From Mobula hypostoma (taxonomy: Eukaryota): a stretch of 64,000 bases of DNA. Where the stretch lies: contig NC_086107.1 of assembly GCF_963921235.1 (NCBI RefSeq), positions 114,082,001-114,146,000 of the forward strand. The letters run 5' to 3'. The notes beneath the pieces were generated by a model, which worked only from the letters and a program-made list of their open reading frames with translations, made no database searches and was not told where the DNA came from. Positions 50,404 through 63,071 of the stretch are shown here, piece after piece; positions within the stretch are counted from its first letter, which is position 1, and each line of letters starts with the position of its first letter. A program made the translations under genes and the position numbers.

Positions 50404-50798
50404 TCCTCCAAGACGACCACGACCCTGTGGAAGGGTTTGGTAGCTTGCGTGCCCTAATGACCCAGAGAGCTACGCTGGCTGGAGTCAGGGCTTTATGCTT
50501 TGGCTCTTGGTGGGGTCACCCATAGCAAACAGGTCAAAGGGTAGAGGCCAGACTAAGAGTGGTCCACTGACAACCCTGGCTGATCAAACAGAACTGTTAC
50601 AGAAACAGCAGTGAAGAGCCTTTCTACATCTGACTGTGACGGTATTCCTGAGTCTCCACCCCGAGACTTACATGAGTGACAGTAGTGAAAACCGAGAGGA
50701 AGCCACCGGCATGATGAAGGAAGCCCTGAACACCACCAGAGATGGGGAACCTTCATTGTTGCCTGGAACACCAGTGGTGTAACGGGCAGTCAGTAAGT
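50404..50798 (+). mobile_element. Short RTE-like element (copy E)
   Basis: Same sequence; flanked by AAGAAAGACTC(T). Confidence 0.65.
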
Positions 50799-51872
50799 AA
50801 GAAAGACTCTGACCATGTATCCCATTTACTCTTCCGATGATTTTATATATTTCTATCAGGTCACCTGTCAGCCTCTGACACTCGGTAGAAAACAACCCAA
50901 GTTTGTCTTCCTCACCAATCTAAGCTGCATTCTGGGGAACCTCTTCAGCACCCTTTAAGAAAAGGCTCCCTTTATTCTAACTCTTTGCCTCCTGCCAGGT
51001 AGCCAATGTTCTATCCATGCTAATATCTTTCCTGTAATACCATGGGCTCTTACCTTGTAAAGAAGCCTCATGTGTGGAACCTTGGGCACAGGCCTCCGTG
51101 GTATCGAGGTGCGGTGTCCATTATTAAGGACCCCCATCACCCAAAACATTTCCTCTTCTCATTGTTACTGTCAGGAAGGAGATACAGAAGCCTGAAGCAG
51201 ACACTCAGAGTTTCAGGGACAACTTCTTCCCCTCTGCTCTCTGATTCCTAACTAGACATCGAACCCATGAACAGTTCCTCACTCTTTAAAATACATATTA
51301 TTTCTGTTTTTGCACTATTTTAAAGTTAACTATTTAATATACTTTTATATACTTACTGTCATTGATGTACTTATTTTTCTCTGAATTGTCATGTATTGCA
51401 TTGTACTGCTGCTGCTAAGTTAACAAGTTCCGTGACATACACCAGTGATAATAAACCTGACTCTCCTTTGTCTATCCTACCAGTTATTCCCTTAAGGAAT
51501 TCTAATGGAATTGTCAGACAAGATTTCCCCTTAAGGAAACCATGCTGTCTTTTGCCTATTTTATCATGTGCTTCCAAGTACCTCGAAACCTGGCCCTGAC
51601 GGAATATTCCCCAGGCTGCTCCACGAGGCGAGGGAAGAGATTGCTGAACCTCTGGCTAGGATCTTTATATCCTCGTTGTCCACGGGAATGGTACCGGAGG
51701 ATTGGAGGGAGGCCAATGTTGCCCCTTTGTTCAAAAAAGATAGTAGGGATAGTCTGAGTAATTATAGACCAGGGAGCCTTACGTCTGTGGTGGGAAAGCT
51801 GTTGGATAAGATTCTTAGAGATAGGATCTCTGGGCATTTAGAGAATCATGGTCTGATCAGGGACAGTCAGCA

Positions 51873-52352
51873 ATTGGCTTACCCGAGGATGTTGAGGTTG
51901 GAGACCCTGCAATATTCTTTGCTCAACTTTTAAAAGGTTCGTTCGGTTCAGTTTTTCCCAACGATCCTCCATTACTCGACCGCGCCCATCGTATACCGTG
52001 GATAAAGTCCACAGCGGCTGTTTCTAAACCCAGACCAGTTATTCTTCGGTTCCATTATGTCAATGTTAAAGAACAACTTCTCCAGACTGCTCGTCGACAA
52101 GGGATGATCAAGTATCACCAACATTCCTTCAGGATAGTTCAAGATTACAGTCCCGAAGTGATGAAGGAACGACTGACTTTTAAACCTCTAATGTCGGAAT
52201 GCTATCAAAAAAATCTCAAACCGGCACTATTGTACCCTGCACGACTCAGAATCTCTCTTCCCGATGGAAATCGTCGTGTCTTCCACTCTACAACTGCCGC
52301 TCGAAGCTTTTTGGATGATAATTTCCCATCTGATACAGACACCCTCTCTTAA
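51873..52352 (+). CDS. L1 ORF1 C-terminal half (RRM and CTD)
   Basis: Open frame IGLPE...LDRAHRI...KPRPVILRFHY...QDYSPEV...LLYPARLRI. Confidence 0.85.
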   Translation: MGLPEDVEVGDPAIFFAQLLKGSFGSVFPNDPPLLDRAHRIPWIKSTAAVSKPRPVILRFHYVNVKEQLLQTARRQGMIKYHQHSFRIVQDYSPEVMKERLTFKPLMSECYQKNLKPALLYPARLRISLPDGNRRVFHSTTAARSFLDDNFPSDTDTLS

Positions 52353-53172
52353 TCTGTGTCGGGTGCTTCCAGCACCAATTTTTTTTTTCTTTCTGGTGTT
52401 TTTTTTTAAAATAAACCTTTTACTATCGTGCGATGAAGGTTTTTTATAAGTCCAAGATTTTTGTTCTTTGTTTATTACTGTAGTTGTTATTCTATTACTT
52501 GTATAGAATACTTATCTCCTGTGAATAACATCATTTTCCTTTAGTTAACCTTTTGTTTTAACTTTTCCTTTTTCATTATCATTAATGATCTGATCTGACG
52601 ATCATTTTTGGTTGTATGTTTCCTATTTTTGGTTTTCGCATAATTAAAATGGCCACTTGTCTTTCTTTTTGTATAACCTCCTTTGTTTTTTTTCGGGACG
52701 CCATGTTCTTATGCTTCTTCTTCCCATAGTCCTTTTTCCCTTTTAGAAGCGATTTTTTATTTACTCGTCTATAACTAATTATACGTATTGACTAAGTTTT
52801 TTTTATTTCATATATTTTAGTAATTTTTACTATGTAGACTAATTAATATACTGGTTATTTTTTACATATATTAGTCTCTGGGAGGTCACCTATTTAACAT
52901 TTATTTTTGGAGTTGCCCCCTGAAGAAATGGGGTTAGAGTTAGTTTTAGTTAGAGCTTTCTTCAGCCTTCTTTGGCTTATTTGGGGTTCTTGGGGTTGGG
53001 GGATGGGATAGTCTTTTTCTTTTCTAATTTTTTCTGTTGGGCTGATTTAGAACTACAAAGATGTCCACAGCGTCAAGATTTTCGGTTCCTCTCTAATCAT
53101 GTATTCCTCTTCCGATTTCATGAGAACACATTATGGTTAACCCCTTACTCACCAAAGGGTTAATTCTCAATT

Positions 53173-56100
53173 ATAGCTCATACTATTAATTTTGTCTCTT
53201 GGAATACAAATGGTTTAAACCATCCAATAAAACGGAAAAAGGTTTTCAATGTGTTCCAAAGACTGAATGCTCATATTATTTTTGCACAAGAGACTCATGT
53301 AAGGAAAGAGGACAATCAACGCTTCTTTAAGTTTTGGAAAGCATAACAATACCACTCAAATGCTCAAGCCAAAATTAAAGGCGTTTCAATTTTTATTGAT
53401 CCTTCAATTACATTTATTCATCAAGACATTATTTCGGATCCTAATGGCAGATTTCTGTTCATTACTGGGGTACTTTTTAATAAAAAGGTCGCTATGGTTA
53501 ATGTTTACGCTCCGAATGTGGATTATCCTGAATTTTTTAAACACTGATTCACTTCCTTTCCTAACTTAAACGAGCATATGTTGATAATGGGCGGTGATTT
53601 TAATTTATGTTTGAATCCCATGTTGGACAGATCCATAGCTAGTCCGGCTTTACCGAATAAGTCGGCTACTATTATTAACTCTTTTATGTTGGATTCTGGG
53701 ATTTCAGAAATTTGGAGATTTCTACATCCAAATGATAAGGAATTCTCCTTTTTTTCACATGTTCATCATTCTTTTTCCCGAATTGATTATTTCTTGATTG
53801 ACTCTCGTTTGATTCCATATGTAGTTGATTGTAATTATGACAGTATTGTTATTTCAGATCATGCTCCAATGAAACTTTCCATCAAGTTAATGGACACCTC
53901 TTGTACTAGCAGACAATGGCGATTTAACCCTATTTTGCTTCACGATCAGGACTTTGTCAAATTTATAAAGGAGCAGATTGATTTCTTCTTTTCAACTAAT
54001 GCTACGGAAGAAGTTTCCAATGGAACTGTTTGGGACACCTTTAAAGCTTATATCCAAGGTCAGATTATTTCCTATTCGGCTGGTTTGAAAAGACGTGTTA
54101 ACAATGAAATACTTTTGTTGGTTGATAAAATTAAAGAAGTCGATAAAAAATATGCTATTTCTCCCAGTAAGGAGCTGTACAAACACAGAGTTGAACTCCA
54201 ATTGGAACATAGCTTATTATTAACATCCTCCATCGAAAATCAATTAATGAGAACTAGAAGTGATTTTTATATTCATAGCGATAAATCGGGTAAATTACTG
54301 GCTAACCAATTGAAATTTGATTCGGTTAAACATCAAATTACTAAGATTCGCAAACAGGATGATACTTTCACAGTTGATCATGCTGGGATAAACCAAACCT
54401 TTCAAGAATTTTATACCTCTTTATATCACTCTGATTTTCCTCATGATTCTAATTTCATGCATGATTTTTTAAGTAAATTGAGTTTTCCGAAATTATCACC
54501 TGAAGAGTCCCTATCATTAGAAACTTCCATTTCAGAGGAAGAAATAATAACTGCAATCTCATCATTGAATTCCGGTAAAGCACCCGGTCCGGATGGGTTT
54601 ACAGTGGAATTTTTAAAAATTTTTTCCTCCATTCTTTCTTCTAAGTTGTCTAGAGTATTCAAGGAAGCAATCAGTTTAGGTAAATTACCACAATCGTTTT
54701 ACGAAGCCTCTATTTCCTTAGTTCTTAAAAAGAATAAAGATCCTACTGATTGTGCATCATACAGACCGATATCTCTTCTGAATGTAGATTCTAAAATTTT
54801 TTCAAAAATTCTAGCAACTAGATTGGAGAAGGTGTTACCTCAAATTATTTCTATGGATCAAACTGGATTTATTAAAAATCGCTATTCATCCTTTAATATT
54901 AGGAGGTTAATGAATATTGTTTATACCCCCTCATTTACTACCCCGGAATGTATTATCTCTTTAGATGCTGAGAAAGCCTTTGACAGAGTTGAATGGCCTT
55001 ATTTATTTAATGTTCTTGAGAAATTTAATTTTAATTTGACATTTATATCTTGGATTAAATTGTTATATTACTCCCCGGTAGCCTCGGTTTGTACAAATAA
55101 TTATAGATCTTTTTTTCGTCTTTTTCATGGCACTAGGCAAGATTGCCCTCTTAGTCCTTTACTATTCAATATTGCTCTTGAACCTTTAGCAATTGCTATT
55201 CGTGACTCGCCAAATATTGTTGGTATTACCCGTGGAAACGAAATACATAAATTATCATTATATGCAGATGATTTGTTGTTATACATCTCTAACCCGGAGA
55301 AGTCAATTCCTGCTATCTTAGATCTGTTAGCTCAATTTAGTAACTTCTCTGGTTACAAATTGAATCTTAATAAGAGTGAATTATTCCCTTTAAATAAGCA
55401 TGTACCTACTTATGGACGTTTACCATTTAAATTGGTTACTGATTCATTTATATATTTAGGGATAACAATTACGAAAAAATATAAAGATTTATTTAAAGCT
55501 AATTTTTTACCTTTAATTGATCAGATTAAACTTTTATTTACCAAATGGTCGCCAATCTCTTTATCTTTGATTGGTCGGATTAATGCTACTAAGATGATCA
55601 TTTTGCCCAAATTTTTGTATATATTCCAATCGGTTCCAATTTTCATCCCAAAATCTTTTTTTGATAATGTAGATTCACAAATTTCCTCATATATTTGGCA
55701 GAATAAAAATCCTAGGTTAGGTAAAAGGTATCTACAGAAATCTAAAAAGGAGCGGGAGCTCGCCCTCCCGAATTTTAGATTTTATTACTGGGCAATTAAT
55801 ATTCGATATTTAAAATTTTGGTTACGAGATCTGGAAGTATCTTTAAACCCTCATTGGGTAAATCTTGAATCTAATTCATTACAAGAGTTTTCCTTGGGTT
55901 CGGTTTTAGGAACTTCACTTCCTTTTACTCTTTTACATTATATAAACAAATGAATAACCCAATAGTTAAGCATACTTTACATATATGGTTTCAATTCCGA
56001 AGATTTTTTGGGTTTAATCAATTTATTGTAGCAAGCCCCATTATATCAAATTTTCTTTTTCAACCTTCCACGATGGATCAAGCTTACTTTGATTGGAAAA

Positions 56101-56951
56101 CCAAAGGTATAATATCTTTTCACGATTTATTTTTGGATAATTGTTTTATGTCTTTTGATCAACTCTCTAATAAATATAACTTACCCAGATCTCACTTTTT
56201 TAGATATTTACAGATTAGAAACTTTTTAATTACTGTTTCCCCTAATTTTCCACACCCATATCCAATGGACATTTTGGAAAAAATCTTAGATTTAAATCTC
56301 TCTCAGAAAAGTGTAGTAGCAATTATATATAATATAATTATGAATTTATGTCCTGATGCTTCTAATAAAATTAAAGCTGACTGGGAAAGAGAACTTGAGA
56401 TTAATATACCGACTGATAAATGGGAAGAAATTCTTCAGTTGGTGAATTCATCCTCTGTATGTGCTAAGCATAGGTTGATACAGTTTAAAGTAGTGCACAG
56501 GCCTCATATGTCCAAAGATAAACTATCTCGTTATTACTCTTATATTAATCCAATATGTGACAGATGTCACTCCGAGATAGCTTCTTTAACCCACATGTTT
56601 TGGTCATGTCCTCTGGTGGAGAAATATTGGAAAGATATTTTTGATATTATTTCAACGGTCTTAAATATAGACTTACAACCTCATCCAATTACTGCTATCT
56701 TTGGACTACCAATGATAGACTGAAATAATTTAACCTCTTCATCATGAAGGATGATTGCATTTCTTACTTTAATGGCTAGAAGGTCCATTTTGTTGAATTG
56801 AAAAGAGATCAACCCTCCTAAGGTATTTCATTGGTTTTCACAAACTATGGTGTATTTGAATTTGGAGAAAATTAGAAGTGCAGTTTATGACCCTTCCATT
56901 AAGTTTGAAAAAACTTGGAGGCCATTCATTCAGCATTTTCACTTGATGTAA
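53173..56951 (+). pseudogene. L1 ORF2 with stops and frameshifts
   Basis: SWNTNGLNHPIKRKK, QETH, NVYAPN, GGDFN, SRIDY, SDH, KAPGPDG, YADD and CDRC...HMFWSC; largest piece 53578..55953. Confidence 0.9.
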
Positions 56952-59900
56952 TTTGATCATTTCCAAACTTGTTTTATCTCTCTGTACTGTTGTTGGAGGG
57001 GAATGGAGTCGTCGACACTAAGGTTTTCTTCCTTTCCATTTTTAAGTTGTTAGTTTTGCCCAAGTCTTTTAGTTTAGTTGATTAATTTTGTTTTTTTTGG
57101 GGGGGGATGGGGTTTGTTTTTTTTTGGTTTTGTTTTTTTTTCTTTTTCATGATTTTTTTTCAGTTTTTTTTTGATTTGTATTATCCGTTGTTAGTTCTAC
57201 ATGATTGGGAGCTTTGTTAACTTACACTATTTGATTTTACAATTACTTTTCTTAACTGTAACAATATATCTCCTACTATTTGTATTATTGCTGTTTCGTT
57301 TCTATATTTCAAAATTAATAAAAAGATTGAAAAAGAAAGAAAGATTCTTAGAGATAGGATCTATAGGCATTTAGAGAATCATGGTCTGATCAGGGACAGT
57401 CAGCATGGCTTTGTGAAGGGCAGATTGTGCCTAACAAGCCTAATAGAGTTCTTTGAGGAGGTGACCAGGCATATAGATGAGGGTAGTGCAGTGGATGTGA
57501 TCTATATGGATTTTAGTAAGGCATTTGACAAGGTTCCACACGGTAGGCTTATTCAGAAAGTCAGAAGGCATGGGATCCAGGGAAGTTTGGCCAGGTGGAT
57601 TCAGAATTGGCTTGCCTGCAGAAGGCAGAGGGTGGTGGTGGAGGGAGTACATTCAGATTGGAGGATTGTGACTAGTGATGTCCCACAAGGATCTGTTCTG
57701 AGACCTCTACTTTTCGTGTTTTTTATTAACGACCTGGATGTGGGGGCAGAAGGTTGGGCTGGCAAGTTTGCAGACGACACAAAGGTTGGTAGTGTTGTAG
57801 ATAGTGTAGAAGATTGTCAAAGATCGAGAGAGACGTTGATAGGATGCAGAAATGGGCTGTGAAGTGGTAGATGGAGTTCAACCCGGAGAAGTGTGAGGTG
57901 GTACACTTTGGAAGGACAAACTCCAAGGCAGAGTACAAACTAAATGGCAGGATACTTGGTAGTGTGGAGGAGCAGAGGGATCTCAGGGTACATGTCCACA
58001 GATCCCTGAAAGTTGCCTCACAGGTGGATAGGGTAGTTAAGAAAGCTTATGGGGTGTTAGCTTTCATAAGTCGAGGTATAGAGTTTAAGAGTCACGATGT
58101 ACTGATGCAGCTCTGTAAAACTCTGGTTAGGCCACACTTGGAGTACTGTGTCCAGTTCTGGTCGCCTCACTATAGGAAGGATGTGGAAACATTGGAAAGG
58201 GTACAGAGGAGATTTACCAGGATGCTGCCTGGTTTAGAGAGTATGCATTATGATCAGAGATTAAGGGAGCTAGGGCTTTACTCTTTGGAGAGAAGGAGGA
58301 TGAGAGGAGATATGATAGAGGTGTACAAGATAATAAGAGGAATAGATAGAGTGGATAGCCAGCGCCTCTTCCCCAGGGCACCACTGCTCAATACAAGAGG
58401 ACATGGCTTTAAGGTAAGGGGTGGGAAGTTCAAGGGGGAAATTAGAGGAAGGTTTTTTACTCAGAGAGTGGTTGGTGCGTGGAATGCACTGCCTGAGTCA
58501 GTGGTGGAGGCAGATACACTAGTGAAGTTTAAGAGACTACTAGACAGGTATATGGAGGAATTTAAGGTGGGGGCTTATTTGGGAGGCAGGGTTTGAGGGT
58601 CAGCACAACATTGTGGGCCAAAGGGCCTGTATTGTGCTGTACTATTCTATGTTCTATGTTCTATGTTCTATGTTTAGTAACAGACTCAAATAACTTACCA
58701 ACTACTGAGGTCAGGCTGACAAGCCTATAATTTCCTTTCTTCTGCCTCTCTCCCTTCTTAAAGAGTGGAGTGACATTTGCAATTTTCCTGTCCTCCAGAA
58801 CCATTCCAGATTCCAGTGGTTTTTGTAAGATCATTACTAATGCCTCCTCAATCTTTTCACTAAATTCTTTCAGAACCCTGGGATGAAGTCCATCTGGTCC
58901 AGGTGACTTAGCCACCTTCAGAACTTCCAGCTTCGCAAGCACTCTCTTCTGTCCCTTGACACTCACATTTTTGGCATTCTGCTAGTGTTTTCCACAGTGA
59001 AGACTGATGCAAAATATTTACTAAGTTCGTTCGCCATTTCTTTGTCTCTCATTACCACTACTCCAGCATTATTTTCCAGTGGTCCAATATCTGCTCTTTT
59101 ACTCTTTATGTGTATGAAAAACCTTTGTATCCTCTTTGATGTTATTGTCTAGCTTGCTTTCATATTTAATCTTTTTGCTCCATATATATACTTTCTTTTA
59201 GTTGCTTTCTATTGGTTTTAAAATCTTCCAAATCCTCAGAAAAGCTTCCCACTGTTTTTTATTATATTATATGTCCTCTTTTTGGCTTTGACTTCCCTTG
59301 TCAGCCATGGTTGCATTATATTCCGTTCAGAATACTTCTTCACCTTTGTGATTGATCTGCTCCTTCCAAATTGCCCCCAGAAACTCCAGACATTGTTGTT
59401 CTGGCATCATCCCTGCTAATGTCCCCTTCCAGACAAATGTGGCCAACTCCTCCCTCAAGGTGCTCCTACAAGCCTTTTCTATTTCCTGTTGAATTTTATT
59501 GCTATTGTTCGAGGCCTATATATGTATAAATCCCATCAGGGTCTTTTCACCGTTGCAGTTTCTTAACTCTACCCACAACAAGTCTACATCTTCCGATCTT
59601 AAGTCACCTCTTTCTAAGACTTTGATTTCATTTTATACCAACAGAGCAACCCCACCCCGACGCATTGCCCACTGGGTTCCAGAGGACTCTGACTTTCCCA
59701 ATGTTTCTGACCTTCTGAGTGTGGGGAAACGGGCTGGGGTTCGGAAATTAGCACCATGAATGGACAGCCCAGACCCCACTACACACTCTCTCACTGAGGA
59801 CTTGACGCTCGAGCAGGTGGGCTCAGCTCGGTCTGGAAACAAGACAGACACCTGGCTGAAGGTGACCTGTGCCTGAGGTCTCGTGTTGGACACTAGGCCC

Positions 59901-60583
59901 AAAGCTGGCTGATGACCAAACTGGGGATCAAGCCGGAGATCAGTACTGGAACTTTCAGTCCTGTGTCCCGAGGCCAGCAGAGACAGCAACGGCCAATCCA
60001 GGTTTTGGGTTCTAAGCGAATAAAGTGAAAACTGAGAGCTGGGTAGAGCAGCCCAACAGCACTTGGGCTGAGCTGGAGACAGTCAGCTTCAGGGTAGAAC
60101 AACGGCTGTGAGCCCAGACATGAGACTGCCAAGAGGTGATTATGTTGGAGATTGTCAGGCTGAGAGTAGAACAAGAGCTCTGAGCAGTCTCAAGGGGAGA
60201 TCGTTCTGCCAACTGGTGTACTTGGGTGCAGAGAATGAGCAGCAAAGAAGGCCGAAGCCTGTGACCTGGGCCCAGAACCAGCTTGTAGTCAATGTTTGAC
60301 TTAAAAGCAAAATTCAAAATAAAACAAGTTATTTGCTCAGCCTCAAACTAATCTCTACCAGCATCAGTGGCAGTGCTGAGGGGTGCAATAATTCACAGGG
60401 AGTAGTTAGCACGTCTGAAGTCACAAAAACTACAGCGTGACACCAGAAAAGTTATAAATAAACAAAAACGAGCAAGGGGGAGAGGAGAGAGTGTGGGGCG
60501 AAACAGCCCAGGCCACAACACTAACCAGGGCACAGAAAAATCAAAATAGCCCACTGCAGAGTAACATAGACAGCAGTGAGGGC

Positions 60584-60711
60584 ACAGGTCTGCCCATGAG
60601 GCAGAGAGGGACTGAGAGACACCGGTCAGTGTACAGATCTCCCCTGAGAGAGAGGGACTGAGACACACTGGTCAGTGTACAGATCTCCCCCTGAGAGAGA
60701 GAGACTGAGAG
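60584..60711 (+). repeat. 47-bp satellite array start
   Basis: About 3 monomers before the CR1 insertion. Confidence 0.92.
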
Positions 60712-63071
60712 TGACCAACTAGAGGGGATGCAATATTGGATCTCCTGTTAGGAAACGAATTAGGGCAAGTGACGGAAGTCTGTGTAGGGGAGCACTTTGG
60801 TTCCAGGGATCATAACGCCATTAGTTTCAATTTGATCATGGACAAGGATAGATCTGGTCCTAGGGTTGAGTTTCTGAACTGGAAGAAGGCCAAATTTGAA
60901 GAAATGAGAAAGGATCTAAAAAGCGTGGATTGGGACAGGTTGTTCTGGCAAAGATGTGATTGGTAGGTGGGAAGCCTTCAAAGGGGAAATTTTGAGAGTG
61001 CAGAGTTTGTATGTTCCTGTCAGGATTAAAGGCAAATTGAATAGGAATAAGGAACCTTGGTTCTCAAGGGATATTGCAACTCTGATAAAGAAGAAGAGGG
61101 AGTTGTATGAAATGTATAGGAAACAGGGGGTAAATCAGGTGCTTGAGGAGTATAAGAAGTGCAAGAAAATACTTAAGAAAGAAATCAGGAGGCTAAAAGA
61201 AGACATGAGGTTGCCTTGGCAGTCAAAGTGAAGGATAATCCAAAGAGCTTTTACAAGTATATTAAGAGCAAAAGGATTGTAAGGGATAAAATTGGTCCTC
61301 TTGAAGATCAGAGTGGTTGGCTTTGTGTGGAACCAAAGGAAATGGGGGAGATCTTAAATAGGTTTTTTGCGTCTGTATTTACTAAGGAAGCTGGCATGAA
61401 ATCTATGGAATTGAGGGAATCAAGTAGTGAGACCATGGCAACTGTACAGATTGAAAAGGAGGAGGTGCTTGCTGTCTTGAGGAAAATTAAAGTGGATAAA
61501 TCCCCGGGACCTGACAGGGTGTTCCCTCGGACCTTGAAGGAGACTAGTGTTGAAATTGCGGGGGCCCTGGCAGAAATATTTAAAATGTCGCTGTCTACGG
61601 GTGAAGTGCCGGAGGATTCGAGAGTGGCTCATGTTGTTCCGTTGTTTAAAAAAGGATCGAAAAGTAATCCGGGAAATTATAGGCCGGTGAGTTTAACGTC
61701 AGTAGTAGGTAAGCTATTGGAGGGAGTACTAAGAGACAGAATCTACAAGCATTTGGATAGACAGGGGCTTATTAGAGAGAGTCAACATGGCTTTGTGCGT
61801 GGTAGGTCATGTCTGACCAATCTGTTGGAGTTTTTCGAGGAGGTTACCAGGAAAGTGGATGAAGGGAAGACAGTGGATATTGTCTACATGGACTTCAGTA
61901 AGGCCTTTGACAAGGTCCCGCATGGGAGGTTAGTTAGGAAAATTCAGTCGCTAGGTATACATGGAGAGGTGGTAAATTGGATTGGACATTGGCTGGATGG
62001 AAGAAGCCAGAGAGTGGTGGTAGAAATTGCTTCTCTGAGTGGAGACCTGTGACTAGTGGTGTGCCACAGGGATCAGTGCTGGGTCCATTGTTATTTGTCA
62101 TCTATATCAATGATCTGGATGATAATGTGGTAAATTGGATCAGCAAGTTTGCTGATGATACAAAGATTGGAGGTGTAGTAGACAGTGAGGAAGGTTTTCA
62201 GAGCCTGCAGAGAGACTTGGACCAGCTGGAAAAATGGGCTGAAAGATGGCAGATGGAGTTTAATACTGACAAGTGTGAGGTATTGCACATTGGAAGGACA
62301 AACCAACGTAGAACATACAGGGTTAATGGTAAGGCACTGAGGAGTGCAATGGAACAGAGGGATCTGGGAATACAGATACAAAATTCCCTAAAAGTAGCGT
62401 CACAGGTAGATAGGGTCGTAAAGAGAGCTTTTGGTACGTTGATCTTTATTAATCGAAGTATTAAGTATAAGAGCTGGAATGTTATGATGAGGTTGTATAA
62501 GGCATTGGTGAGGCCGAATCTGGAGTATTGTGTTCAGTTTTGGTCACCAAATTACAGGAAGGATATAAATAAGGTTGAAAGAGTGCAGAGAAGGTTTACA
62601 AGGATGTTGCCGGGACTTGAGAAACTCAGTTACAGAGAAAGGTTGAATAGGTTAGGACCTTATTCCCTGGAGCGTAGAAGAATGAGGGGAGATTTGATAG
62701 AGGTATATAAAATTATGATGGGTATAGATAGAGTGAATGCAAGCAGGCTTTTTCCACTGAGGCAAGGGGAGAAAAAAACCAGAGGACATGGGTTAAGGGT
62801 GAGGGGGGAAAAGTTTAAAGGGAACATTAGTGGGGGCTTCTTCACACAGAGAGTGGTGGGAGTATGGAATGAGCTGCCAGACGAGGTGGTAAATGTGGGT
62901 TCTTTTTTAACATTTAAGAATAAATTGGACAGATACATGGATGGGAGGTGTATGGAGGGATATGGTCCGTGTGCAGGTCGGTGGGACGAGGCAGAAAATG
63001 GTTCGGCACAGCCAAGAAGGGCCAAAGGGCCTGTTTCTGTGCTGTAGTTTCTATGGTTCTATGGTTCTATG
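60712..63071 (+). mobile_element. 5'-truncated CR1 LINE with (TTCTATGG)n tail, inserted in satellite
   Basis: ORFs 60736..60966, 60956..61231, 61216..62052 and 61977..63047; splits gactgagag/acactgg. Confidence 0.94.

Larger units (their letters stand above)
51873..57340 (+). mobile_element. L1-clade LINE (second family), truncated within ORF1
   Basis: ORF1 3' half, AT-rich spacer, ORF2, T/G-rich 3' UTR and aataaaaagattgaaaaagaaag end. Confidence 0.94.
51589..58673 (+). mobile_element. CR1 LINE orthologous to 29880-31418, interrupted by L1
   Basis: Same junctions as copies C and D; ORFs 51568..51933, 57413..57862 and 57871..58596. Confidence 0.92.
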
